From an uncultured Bacteroidaceae bacterium (lineage in GTDB: Bacteria > Bacteroidota > Bacteroidia > Bacteroidales > Bacteroidaceae), in NCBI GenBank assembly GCA_964640785.1, contig CAZXIQ010000001.1, positions 1 to 29,360 on the forward strand: DNA of 29,360 nt. Reading direction: 5' to 3'. Below, piece by piece: positions 17,010 to 25,272 of the stretch; the stretch's first letter is position 1; each line of letters starts with the position of its first letter. The position numbers were made by a program, and so were the translations under genes. The notes under the pieces were generated by a model that saw only the letters and a program-made list of their open reading frames with translations, made no database searches and had not been told where the DNA came from.

Positions 17010-17633
17010 TTATTCCACTTTTTTGTCACCTATCCACTTGCCGTAAAATATTTTTCTATCAGTCTTGAAGAGCGCTCCGTAACCTTGACGATAGCCGTCG
17101 GAGTATTTTCCGTACCAAAAATCGCCATTTGTCCAATAGTAGATACCGTAGCCGTGGCGGCGGCCATTGTAAACCTCGCCATAATATACGTCGCCATTGT
17201 TATAGGTTATCTTACTGAAAGAATAGGGTTTCAACGCCTCGGCAGGATATTCGACGTCACCCTCGATGGTGTGTACGCGAATAACCTTGCCGGTGGTCAG
17301 ATTGTACTCGACAAAGGATTTTTCGCCACCGACACGCGCAATGCCCTTACCCATTGTTATTCCAAACACATGCTTGCCGCGACTATACTGTCCGTACACC
17401 TGACTGCCATCGTTTGCAAGAAAGTGTCCCCAGCCGTATATCACATTATCGACAAGCTGGCCGACATACTGCCCATGAGAGCTTGAGATGTACTTTATCT
17501 CACCCTCGTCGGCATAATCGCAAAAGACAGCTTGCAAAATATCGCTCATTTCATCGTAAAATTTCACCGTTGGCTGGGCGTTTGCGCACATTGACAGTGC
17601 CACTGAAAGCAACAAAAAAAATCTTTTTATCAT
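17010..17633 (-). CDS. MORN-repeat protein with signal peptide
   Basis: NGDVYYGEVYNGRRHGYG and NGDFWYGKYSDGYRQGYG repeats. ATGA overlap with nadD. Confidence 0.85.
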   Translation of the reverse strand: MIKRFFLLLSVALSMCANAQPTVKFYDEMSDILQAVFCDYADEGEIKYISSSHGQYVGQLVDNVIYGWGHFLANDGSQVYGQYSRGKHVFGITMGKGIARVGGEKSFVEYNLTTGKVIRVHTIEGDVEYPAEALKPYSFSKITYNNGDVYYGEVYNGRRHGYGIYYWTNGDFWYGKYSDGYRQGYGALFKTDRKIFYGKWIGDKKVE

Positions 17634-18205
17634 ATATACAATTTTTTCTCTTTAATATATTTCACAACATCGGGGTGCAACCATTGCGACACATCCTCGC
17701 CGGCCGACAAAGCACAGCGTATTTCTGTGGAGCTTATGTCGTAAAGCGGTGCTTGCAACCACTTGACATTTTCAGGCAGCGCGGGGGCAGCCTCGGCGCC
17801 ACGCGGATAGACAATTATGCCGAAACGCGACACAATCTCGTCGCCCTTGTACCATTTATCTATTTTTTGCCAATTATCGGCGCCCATGAGCAGTAAAAAA
17901 TCACGACCCGGAAAAGCAACCTCCAATGCTGCAAGCGTATTTATGGTATACGATGGTCGCGGCAGATGAAACTCAAAATCACTCGCAGCAACACCCTGTT
18001 CAGCGGCTATTGCCAGACGCACCATTGCCAAACGCTCGCCCTCATCGGTAAGAGTTTTTCCCTGTTTATGAGGGTTAAGCGGAGTTACCAAAAACCACAC
18101 TTCGTCGGCAAGACCACTATCGCGCACTGCACGCGCCAATGCCACGTGTCCGCAATGAATGGGGTCGAAACTCCCGCCGAATATTGCCGTGCGAATTTTA
18201 CTCAC
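17630..18205 (-). CDS. nadD: Nicotinate-nucleotide adenylyltransferase
   Basis: FGGSFDPIHCGH, PSYTINTL, MGADN, ISSTEIR. GTG start. Confidence 0.96.
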   Translation of the reverse strand: MSKIRTAIFGGSFDPIHCGHVALARAVRDSGLADEVWFLVTPLNPHKQGKTLTDEGERLAMVRLAIAAEQGVAASDFEFHLPRPSYTINTLAALEVAFPGRDFLLLMGADNWQKIDKWYKGDEIVSRFGIIVYPRGAEAAPALPENVKWLQAPLYDISSTEIRCALSAGEDVSQWLHPDVVKYIKEKKLYI

Positions 18206-18212
18206 CGGGAAT

Positions 18213-18776
18213 CTATTTTAAAAAGTTATTTACAACATCCAACAATTCAGCCTGCGCTTTTTCCAACGAATCGTTCACAATGACAACATCGGCACGCGAG
18301 GCAAAAGTCATTTCATATTCGGCTTTTTCGAGGCGTTTTTCCATCTCTTCGGGCGAAGTGTCGCCGCGACCTATAAGCCTGTTACGAAGCTCTTCCACCG
18401 AAGGAGCCTGCACAAAAATAAACAAGGCTCTGTCGCCATAGTAATTTTTAAGACTGCAACCGCCTTTAACATCAACATCGAAAAGAATGTTGTTCGTTTC
18501 GAGCTGTGCCTCGACCTGCGACTTCAGCGTACCATAGAAACGGTCTTTGTAAACCTCTTCATACTCAACAAATTCCCCTGCGGCAATCTTTTCGCGGAAC
18601 TCCTCGGGCGAAAAGAAAAAATATTCCACGCCGTGACGCTCCTCGCCACGCGGCGGACGGCTGGTAGCTGAAATTGAGAATGTAAAAGAGGCATCTTTTG
18701 ACATCAAATATCGCACGAGCGTCGATTTTCCCGACCCCGAAGGCGCAGAAAAAATTATAACCTTACCCTTTTTCAT
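18213..18776 (-). CDS. gmk: Guanylate kinase
   Basis: SAPSGSGKST P-loop, SATSRPPR, FYGT, DVDVKG. Confidence 0.97.
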   Translation of the reverse strand: MKKGKVIIFSAPSGSGKSTLVRYLMSKDASFTFSISATSRPPRGEERHGVEYFFFSPEEFREKIAAGEFVEYEEVYKDRFYGTLKSQVEAQLETNNILFDVDVKGGCSLKNYYGDRALFIFVQAPSVEELRNRLIGRGDTSPEEMEKRLEKAEYEMTFASRADVVIVNDSLEKAQAELLDVVNNFLK

Positions 18777-18779
18777 AAG

Positions 18780-19658
18780 CTACATGACATTTAGCACCTG
18801 TTCCTTAATCTGTTCAAGTTCGTCTTTCATGCGCACAACAATATTCTGCATCTCGGCATGATTGCTCTTGCTGCCGAGAGTATTTATTTCGCGTCCCATT
18901 TCCTGCGCTATAAAGCCGAGTTTCTTGCCTTGCCCCGTACCCTCGTCCATTGTCTTTACGAAATATTCAAGATGGTTGGAGAGACGTTGTTTCTCTTCGC
19001 TTACATCGAGTTTCTCTATATAATAAATAAGCTCCTGCTCGAAACGATTATTGTCATACTCGACGCCCAATTTCTTTTCGAGGGCATCGAAAATGCGGGT
19101 GCGTATTTTTTCCACACGCTCCTTTTCGTACTGTTCTACACTTGCAAGAAGAGAGGCTATATTATCAATCTTTTCATGGAATTTTGCAGCAAGAGACTCG
19201 CCCTCTTGACGTCGAAAATCGACCATTTCATCGAGAGATTTATTTATTGCCTCGAGTGCTACCGCCCACTCTTCCTCGGTAAATTCGCACACCTCTTTAT
19301 GCGAAACAGACTCGGGCATACGCAGCACAACCTCCATTATATTCGACGGAATAGGCTGCGACATTTCGGCGGCAACAGCCTCTATCTGGGAAATATAGTT
19401 CTGCACAACCTCGCGGTTAATCGAAGGCATTGCAACCGTATTGTCCCCCTGCTCTATCCAAAGAGCAAAATCGACCTTGCCACGCTCGAGACGTCCGGCA
19501 AGCATTGCACGAATCTCCATCTCTTTTTCGCGGAACTGAGGCGCCACGCGCACAGTCAAATCCATAGACTTGCCATTGAGCGAACGAATTTCGGCACAAA
19601 TTTTTTTATTCTGATACATTGATACGGCTTTGCCGTATCCGGTCATTGAGTATATCAT
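18780..19658 (-). CDS. yicC: YicC/YloC family endoribonuclease
   Basis: MIYSMTGYG start (moved from 19757 to 19658, 292 aa), GKKLGFIAQEMGREINTLGSK, EQIKEQVLN. Upstream of gmk as usual. Confidence 0.94.
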   Translation of the reverse strand: MIYSMTGYGKAVSMYQNKKICAEIRSLNGKSMDLTVRVAPQFREKEMEIRAMLAGRLERGKVDFALWIEQGDNTVAMPSINREVVQNYISQIEAVAAEMSQPIPSNIMEVVLRMPESVSHKEVCEFTEEEWAVALEAINKSLDEMVDFRRQEGESLAAKFHEKIDNIASLLASVEQYEKERVEKIRTRIFDALEKKLGVEYDNNRFEQELIYYIEKLDVSEEKQRLSNHLEYFVKTMDEGTGQGKKLGFIAQEMGREINTLGSKSNHAEMQNIVVRMKDELEQIKEQVLNVM

Positions 19659-19712
19659 AAAATCCAATATTTCAAAACTGCAACAAGCGCAGCACATATT
19701 GCAACGCTGTTG

Positions 19713-19720
19713 CAAATATA
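19713..19720 (-). promoter_or_regulatory. -7 promoter box for the yicC operon
   Basis: TATATTTG(CA) on the minus strand, ~55 nt upstream of yicC. Confidence 0.7.
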
Positions 19721-19811
19721 CAACATCTGCCGTAAAATAAAAACAGAGAACAGGCAAAGATTTTTTCCAACGTTTTTTCTCTTTTTTTATTCAACAAGTT
19801 ATATTTATCAC

Positions 19812-19819
19812 TATCTTTG
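19812..19819 (+). promoter_or_regulatory. -7 promoter box for the tsaB-murA operon
   Basis: TATCTTTG(CA) after an AT-rich stretch, divergent from the yicC promoter. Confidence 0.7.
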
Positions 19820-19830
19820 CAGTAAACTGC

Positions 19831-19904
19831 GAAGACATGCCGCATTCGCTGTGAGAAATTTTGAAACAAGTTTCATACTTTCTCGCTCGTTTGTTAATAT
19901 CTTC
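19831..19904 (+). repeat. Imperfect nested palindrome in the tsaB leader (structured RNA or small repeat element)
   Basis: gaagacat/atatcttc, gagaaa/tttctc and tgaaac-aa-gtttca nested pairs. Flanked by tatctttgcagta and tatcttcagta. Confidence 0.55.
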
Positions 19905-19995
19905 AGTAGAATATAGAGCGAAAGTTTGTTGTTCTTTCAACAAGAGAAAAGAATATTCGCGCTACACATACATCAATGAAAAACAGAGTTTTACA

Positions 19996-20697
19996 ATGGC
20001 AGTAATACTAAATATAGAGGCATCCACAGAGGTCTGTTCGGTGGCACTGAGCGAAAGTGGAGAGGCATTTTTCAATCGCGAGAGCCACGAAGAGCGCTCA
20101 CATGCGCAAGTTCTTGCACCATTTGTCGAAGAGGCAATAGCAACCGCCGACAGCCGAGGCATGAAGATAGAGGCCGTCGCACTAAGTTGCGGCCCCGGCT
20201 CGTACACAAGCCTGAGAATAGCCTCGTCCACCGCAAAAGGAGTATGCTACGGCCGTGAAATTCCGCTGATAGCAATTCCCACCACCAAGATAATGGCAGT
20301 GCCGGTACTCTTTCGCGACGACCTACCCGAAGAGGCACTTTTGTGCCCCATGATAGACGCAAGAAGAAACGAGGTTTATGCAACAATATACGACCGCGCA
20401 CTGAATACAATAGTCGATACACGCGCCGAAATTGTCACAAGCGAGAGTTTCGCCGAAATTCTCGACAAGCACCCCATCTACTTTTTCGGCAACGGAGCAG
20501 AGAAGTGCAGCACCATCATCACACACAAAAATGCGCACTTTCTTGACAAACACAAAAATCCGCTTGCAAAATGGATGATGCCCCTTGCCGAGCGCGCATG
20601 GCTCGACGAAAAATTTGAAGACATTGCCTATTTCGAGCCATTTTACCTGAAAAATTTCGTAGCAACAAAATCAAAAGACCTGCTAAAAACCCCGTAA
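19996..20697 (+). CDS. tsaB: tRNA threonylcarbamoyladenosine biosynthesis protein TsaB
   Basis: ILNIEASTEVCSVAL, GPGSYT.LRI, PMIDARRNEVY, YFEPFYLK. Start moved from 19861 to ATG 19996. Confidence 0.94.
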   Translation: MAVILNIEASTEVCSVALSESGEAFFNRESHEERSHAQVLAPFVEEAIATADSRGMKIEAVALSCGPGSYTSLRIASSTAKGVCYGREIPLIAIPTTKIMAVPVLFRDDLPEEALLCPMIDARRNEVYATIYDRALNTIVDTRAEIVTSESFAEILDKHPIYFFGNGAEKCSTIITHKNAHFLDKHKNPLAKWMMPLAERAWLDEKFEDIAYFEPFYLKNFVATKSKDLLKTP

Positions 20698-20703
20698 GTC
20701 ATT

Positions 20704-21306
20704 ATGATGGAATATAATACCAAAAAGAAAAGACTACCCCTGCCCGAATATGGCCGCGCTGTACAAAAAATGGTAGACCACGCACTCACAATAGAGAATC
20801 GCGAGGAGCGCCAACAATGCGCCGAGACCATTGTCAGCATAATGGACGGAATGTTCCCCGTCGCAAAAGAGACCTCCGAAGTGAGACAAAAGTTGTGGGA
20901 CCATCTGGCCATAATGTCCGACTTTAAACTGGACATCGACTACCCTTGCGAAGTTATACTCAAAGAGACATTCAACGAGCCACCCTCAAGAATACCCTAT
21001 CTGAAAGGCGAGGTAAAAAACAGGCACTACGGACGTTTCGTGGAAAACATGATTGCCCACGCATGCGAAATGGAAGAGGGCGAAGAGCGCGACAAACTGA
21101 TAGAGCTTATAACCATACAGATGAAAAAAGATTATCTTGCATGGAACAAAGACACAGTAGACAACAAACAGATTTTTGACGACCTGCGCGAATATTCCAA
21201 CGGGGAAATAGACATACAAGAGGGCTACATAAAAGGCTACCAACAACATAACAACCAAGCGCGCAACAACCAGAAGCGCAAGAAGGTATTCAAGAAGAAA
21301 TATTAA
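20704..21306 (+). CDS. DUF4290 family protein
   Basis: MEYNT...LPEYGR.VQ.MV, KLWDHLAIMSDFKLDIDYP, HYGR. Conserved upstream of murA in Bacteroidetes. Confidence 0.88.
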   Translation: MMEYNTKKKRLPLPEYGRAVQKMVDHALTIENREERQQCAETIVSIMDGMFPVAKETSEVRQKLWDHLAIMSDFKLDIDYPCEVILKETFNEPPSRIPYLKGEVKNRHYGRFVENMIAHACEMEEGEERDKLIELITIQMKKDYLAWNKDTVDNKQIFDDLREYSNGEIDIQEGYIKGYQQHNNQARNNQKRKKVFKKKY

Positions 21307-21330
21307 AGAACCGTTTAAACAAACACAGGC

Positions 21331-22635
21331 ATGGCATCATTCATCATAGAGGGCGGCAAACGATTAAACGGAACAATCGTTCCGCAAGGAGCAAAGAACG
21401 AGGTGTTACAGATAATATGCGCCACACTGCTTACACCCGAGAAAGTGACAGTGGAGAATGTCCCCGACATTCTCGACGTGAACAACCTTATCTCGTTACT
21501 CATAAGAATGGGTGTCTCCGTCAGTCAAACAGGTGAGGGACGTTTCACATTCCAAGCAGACAGCATAAACATGGAATATCTCGAGAGCGACGAGTTTCTT
21601 AAAAGCTGCTCAAGCCTCAGAGGGTCGGTGATGCTCATGGGACCGCTGCTCGCACGTTTCGGCAAAGCCCTGATTGCCAAGCCCGGTGGGGACAAGATAG
21701 GCCGTCGCAGGCTCGACACACACTTTACGGGACTGATGAAATTAGGAGCAAAATTCGAACAGAATGAGAACCGACAGACATACAGCCTAAGCGCCAAACG
21801 TCTGAAAGGATGCAGCATGTTGCTCGACGAGGCATCGGTGACAGGAACAGCCAACATCATAATGGCAGCCGTGCTTGCCGAAGGAAAAACAACAATATAC
21901 AACGCAGCCTGTGAGCCCTACCTGCAACAACTGTGCAAAATGCTCACACGCATGGGAGCAAAGATAAGCGGCATTGCCAGCAACCTTATAACCATCGAAG
22001 GAGTAGACTCATTAGGCGGATGCAACCACCGTGTACTTCCGGACATGATAGAAGTGGGCAGTTTCATAGGAATGGCTGCAATGACAAAGAGCGAAATTAC
22101 AATAAAGGACGTATCGTTCGAGAATTTGGGAATAATACCCGAGAGTTTCAAGCGACTGGGAATAAAATTCGAGCAGAAAGGCGACGACATTTTCATACCC
22201 TCGCAAGAGAGCTATCAGATAGAGTCGTTCATCGACGGCTCCATAATGACCATAAGCGACGCCCCATGGCCGGGACTGACCCCCGACCTGCTTAGCGTGA
22301 TGCTGGTTACCGCCATTCAAGCAAAAGGCAGCGTACTTATACATCAAAAAATGTTCGAAAGCCGCCTGTTCTTTGTGGACAAACTGATAGACATGGGCGC
22401 ACAAATAATTCTGTGCGACCCCCACCGAGCCGTAGTCATAGGCCACAACCAACAGTTCAAGTTGAGAGCACGCACCATGAGCTCGCCCGACATACGCGCC
22501 GGAATTGCACTGCTGATAGCAGCAATGAGCGCCGAAGGCACCAGCCGCATAGACAACATAGAACAAATAGACAGAGGTTACCAAAATCTTGAACAACGCC
22601 TGTGTAACATAGGCGCAAAAATCACAAGGTCGTAA
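21331..22635 (+). CDS. murA: UDP-N-acetylglucosamine 1-carboxyvinyltransferase
   Basis: GAKN, LRGS, PGGDKIGRRRLDTH, SVTGTAN, PDIRAG, IDRGY. Confidence 0.97.
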   Translation: MASFIIEGGKRLNGTIVPQGAKNEVLQIICATLLTPEKVTVENVPDILDVNNLISLLIRMGVSVSQTGEGRFTFQADSINMEYLESDEFLKSCSSLRGSVMLMGPLLARFGKALIAKPGGDKIGRRRLDTHFTGLMKLGAKFEQNENRQTYSLSAKRLKGCSMLLDEASVTGTANIIMAAVLAEGKTTIYNAACEPYLQQLCKMLTRMGAKISGIASNLITIEGVDSLGGCNHRVLPDMIEVGSFIGMAAMTKSEITIKDVSFENLGIIPESFKRLGIKFEQKGDDIFIPSQESYQIESFIDGSIMTISDAPWPGLTPDLLSVMLVTAIQAKGSVLIHQKMFESRLFFVDKLIDMGAQIILCDPHRAVVIGHNQQFKLRARTMSSPDIRAGIALLIAAMSAEGTSRIDNIEQIDRGYQNLEQRLCNIGAKITRS

Positions 22636-22649
22636 AAACATATACTAAA

Positions 22650-23159
22650 ATGCTGAAAAAAGAGGATTTTATATACTTTGGGAAATTCACAAAGCCACAC
22701 GGCACGAAAGGTGAAATAGGCATTGCCGGCGAAGGATTCCTGCTGGGCGACGATTGCGACTTTGTAGCCTGCGACATTGACGGAATATTGGTTCCATTCT
22801 TCATAGAAGAGTCGCGCACAAAAAACAACGACACGATAATAGTCAAGCTTGAGCGCCTCGACAGTGCCGAGAGTGTACGCTTCCTCACCAACCGCGCGAC
22901 ATACATTCCGCGTGAATGGGTAGACGACGAAGAGCATTTTACATGGAACTACTTTGTAGGGTTCGAGGCCGAGGACGAAAAGGCGGGAACATTAGGCGAA
23001 GTGACAGCTGTGGACGACAGCACCATAAACACCCTTTTTGTGGTTGAGCACAATGGCGAAGAGATTCTTATTCCGGCAAGCGAAGAAATGATAGCAAATA
23101 TCGACAACGAAAGACGCAGAATAACCTTCAAACTGCCCGACGGACTTATAAACATTTAG
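22650..23159 (+). CDS. rimM: Ribosome maturation factor RimM
   Basis: GKFTKPHGTKGE, DGILVPFF, EILIP, LPDGL. Confidence 0.94.
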   Translation: MLKKEDFIYFGKFTKPHGTKGEIGIAGEGFLLGDDCDFVACDIDGILVPFFIEESRTKNNDTIIVKLERLDSAESVRFLTNRATYIPREWVDDEEHFTWNYFVGFEAEDEKAGTLGEVTAVDDSTINTLFVVEHNGEEILIPASEEMIANIDNERRRITFKLPDGLINI

Positions 23160-23163
23160 CATC

Positions 23164-24006
23164 ATGGGTAAAAACAAGATTAAAAAAAGTCTCACACGAA
23201 AATACAGACTTACCATCCACGACGAAAATAAGCTATTGGGTTTCAACATTTCGCCAATAGGCTTAATAATGTCGTTGACACTATCATTGCTGATAGTGAT
23301 AGGAGTGCTGTACCTGATAATCGTATTCACCCCCGTTGGTGAATATCTCCCCGGGCATGTGAACGAAAAAGCCCGCGAAAAACTAATACAAGAGGTGCTG
23401 CGTGTAGACTCATTAAAAAACGAAATTGACAAGCAGGACAAATACCTTGCAAACATCAAGGCCATAATGTCAGGAGTAGAGATTGACAGCATTCTGCCCC
23501 CCGACACACTCACCACAAAAGAGGGCTACCCGATAGAAACAACTGAGAGAGAGGCCAAATTTGCCGAAGAATTCGAACAAAAAGAGAAATACAAACTGAC
23601 GTCGCAAGCATCGACAGTGAGTGCATTGCAAGAACTACACCTCTTCCGTCCCACACAGGGAATGATAGTGAAAAAATTCGATGCCAATCTGCGTCACTAC
23701 GGAGTAGACATTGCCGAGAACCCCGGCGAGAGTGTCCTTGCCATACTCGACGGCACGGTAATAATGAGCGACTACACTGCAAATGACGGCTATGTGCTTA
23801 TCATACAACACAAGCAGAACCTGACCTCGGTGTACCGTAATTGCGACACCGTGCTTAAAAAGACAGGCGACAGAGTCACCGGCGGCGAAGTAATAGCATC
23901 GCTGGGCGAGAATAAAAACGAGGAACAGCCCAAAAAGCCCTACCTGCACTTTGAACTGTGGCACAGAGGCGAACCGCTGAACCCCGAAATTTACATTGCA
24001 TTTTAG
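23164..24006 (+). CDS. Membrane-anchored M23/LytM-domain protein, catalytic motifs degenerate
   Basis: N-terminal TM helix, coiled region, HYGVD, DGTV, VYRNC, YLHFELW...LNP. Confidence 0.88.
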   Translation: MGKNKIKKSLTRKYRLTIHDENKLLGFNISPIGLIMSLTLSLLIVIGVLYLIIVFTPVGEYLPGHVNEKAREKLIQEVLRVDSLKNEIDKQDKYLANIKAIMSGVEIDSILPPDTLTTKEGYPIETTEREAKFAEEFEQKEKYKLTSQASTVSALQELHLFRPTQGMIVKKFDANLRHYGVDIAENPGESVLAILDGTVIMSDYTANDGYVLIIQHKQNLTSVYRNCDTVLKKTGDRVTGGEVIASLGENKNEEQPKKPYLHFELWHRGEPLNPEIYIAF

Positions 24007-24054
24007 AAACAGTTTGCTTGCTCAAGCGCACAAACGACAAAAACCCAAAAAAGA

Positions 24055-25215
24055 ATGACAGAAAGAAATAAAAGAGTAATAGCCGTGCTTGGCTCCACAG
24101 GCTCGATAGGCACACAAACCCTGCAAGTGGTAGAGGAACACCCCGAATGTTTCGAGGTATATGCCTTGACAGCAAATGAACGTGTGGAAGAACTTATCGA
24201 ACAGGCTCGTAAATTCTGCCCCGAGGCAGTAGTCATCGCCAATGAGGCAAAATACGAGCAACTGAAAGAAGCACTGCAAGACCTGCCCATAAAAGTGTAC
24301 AGCGGTTACGAATCGCTGTGCCAGATAGTACAATCGCAGCCTATCGACATTGTGGTCACAGCCCTTGTAGGCTTTGCCGGACTGCGCCCCACCATAGAGG
24401 CGATAAAAGCCGGAAAAGCAATAGCCCTCGCCAACAAAGAGACAATGGTGGTTGCCGGCGAACTTATAAACGAGCTTGCCATAAAACATCAAGTACCCAT
24501 TTTGCCGGTAGACTCGGAACACTCGGCAATATTCCAATGTCTCGCCGGAGAGAGCGACAACAAGATAGAAAAAATAATATTGACAGCCTCGGGCGGCCCC
24601 TTCCGCACATTCAGCAAAGAACAGCTCGAAAGCGTAACAAAGGAGCAAGCATTGAAACACCCCAACTGGAGCATGGGAGCAAAGATAACCATCGACTCGG
24701 CCTCCATGATGAACAAAGGACTGGAAGTTATAGAGGCAAAATGGCTCTTCGGAGTAAAACCCGAGAACATAGAGGTTGTTGTACACCCCCAATCGGTTAT
24801 ACACTCCATGGTGCAGTTTGCCGACGGAGCAATAAAAGCACAGTTGGGAACACCAGACATGCGACTGCCCATAATGTATGCACTCTCCTACCCCACACGA
24901 CTGTCGTCGAGTTTCGAGAGACTGAATTTCGCAACAATCAAAGAGTTTACTTTTGAACAGCCCGACACCGACCGTTTCCCCAACCTGCAACTGGCCTATC
25001 AGGCACTGACAATGGGCGGAAACATGCCATGCGTGCTTAATGCAGCCAACGAAGTGTGCGTGTCAGCCTTTCTGCAGGAAAAGATAAAATTCACAGAAAT
25101 GAGCCGCCTGATAGAGCGTGCCATGCAAAGTGCCGACTACCGTCTGAAACCCACACTCGACAACCTCTTGGACACAGACAAACAGACAAGACGCATGGTC
25201 GAGGGATGGATATAA
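24055..25215 (+). CDS. dxr: 1-deoxy-D-xylulose 5-phosphate reductoisomerase
   Basis: LGSTGSIG, LANKE, PVDSEHSA, TASGGPF, HPNWSMGAKITIDSASMMNKGLE. Confidence 0.98.
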   Translation: MTERNKRVIAVLGSTGSIGTQTLQVVEEHPECFEVYALTANERVEELIEQARKFCPEAVVIANEAKYEQLKEALQDLPIKVYSGYESLCQIVQSQPIDIVVTALVGFAGLRPTIEAIKAGKAIALANKETMVVAGELINELAIKHQVPILPVDSEHSAIFQCLAGESDNKIEKIILTASGGPFRTFSKEQLESVTKEQALKHPNWSMGAKITIDSASMMNKGLEVIEAKWLFGVKPENIEVVVHPQSVIHSMVQFADGAIKAQLGTPDMRLPIMYALSYPTRLSSSFERLNFATIKEFTFEQPDTDRFPNLQLAYQALTMGGNMPCVLNAANEVCVSAFLQEKIKFTEMSRLIERAMQSADYRLKPTLDNLLDTDKQTRRMVEGWI

Positions 25216-25272
25216 AAACCATACAATTCAAAAAAACGTTTAACCCCTAAAAAAGAGAGATAACAAAAAATT

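Noticed and set aside
16836..17486. 216-aa plus-strand ORF
   Set aside because: It crosses a terminator and is antisense to the MORN gene.
19659..19995. N-terminal extensions of yicC and tsaB in the ORF track, or a tRNA in this gap
   Set aside because: Conserved N-termini start at 19658 and 19996. The yicC extension runs over its own promoter. No cloverleaf or T-loop is visible.
24004..24035. agaaacagttt partial motif and weak hairpin before dxr
   Set aside because: Only an 11-nt match with no adjacent -7 box, and the hairpin has an implausibly small loop.
24022..24990. 322-aa minus-strand ORF
   Set aside because: Antisense shadow of dxr.
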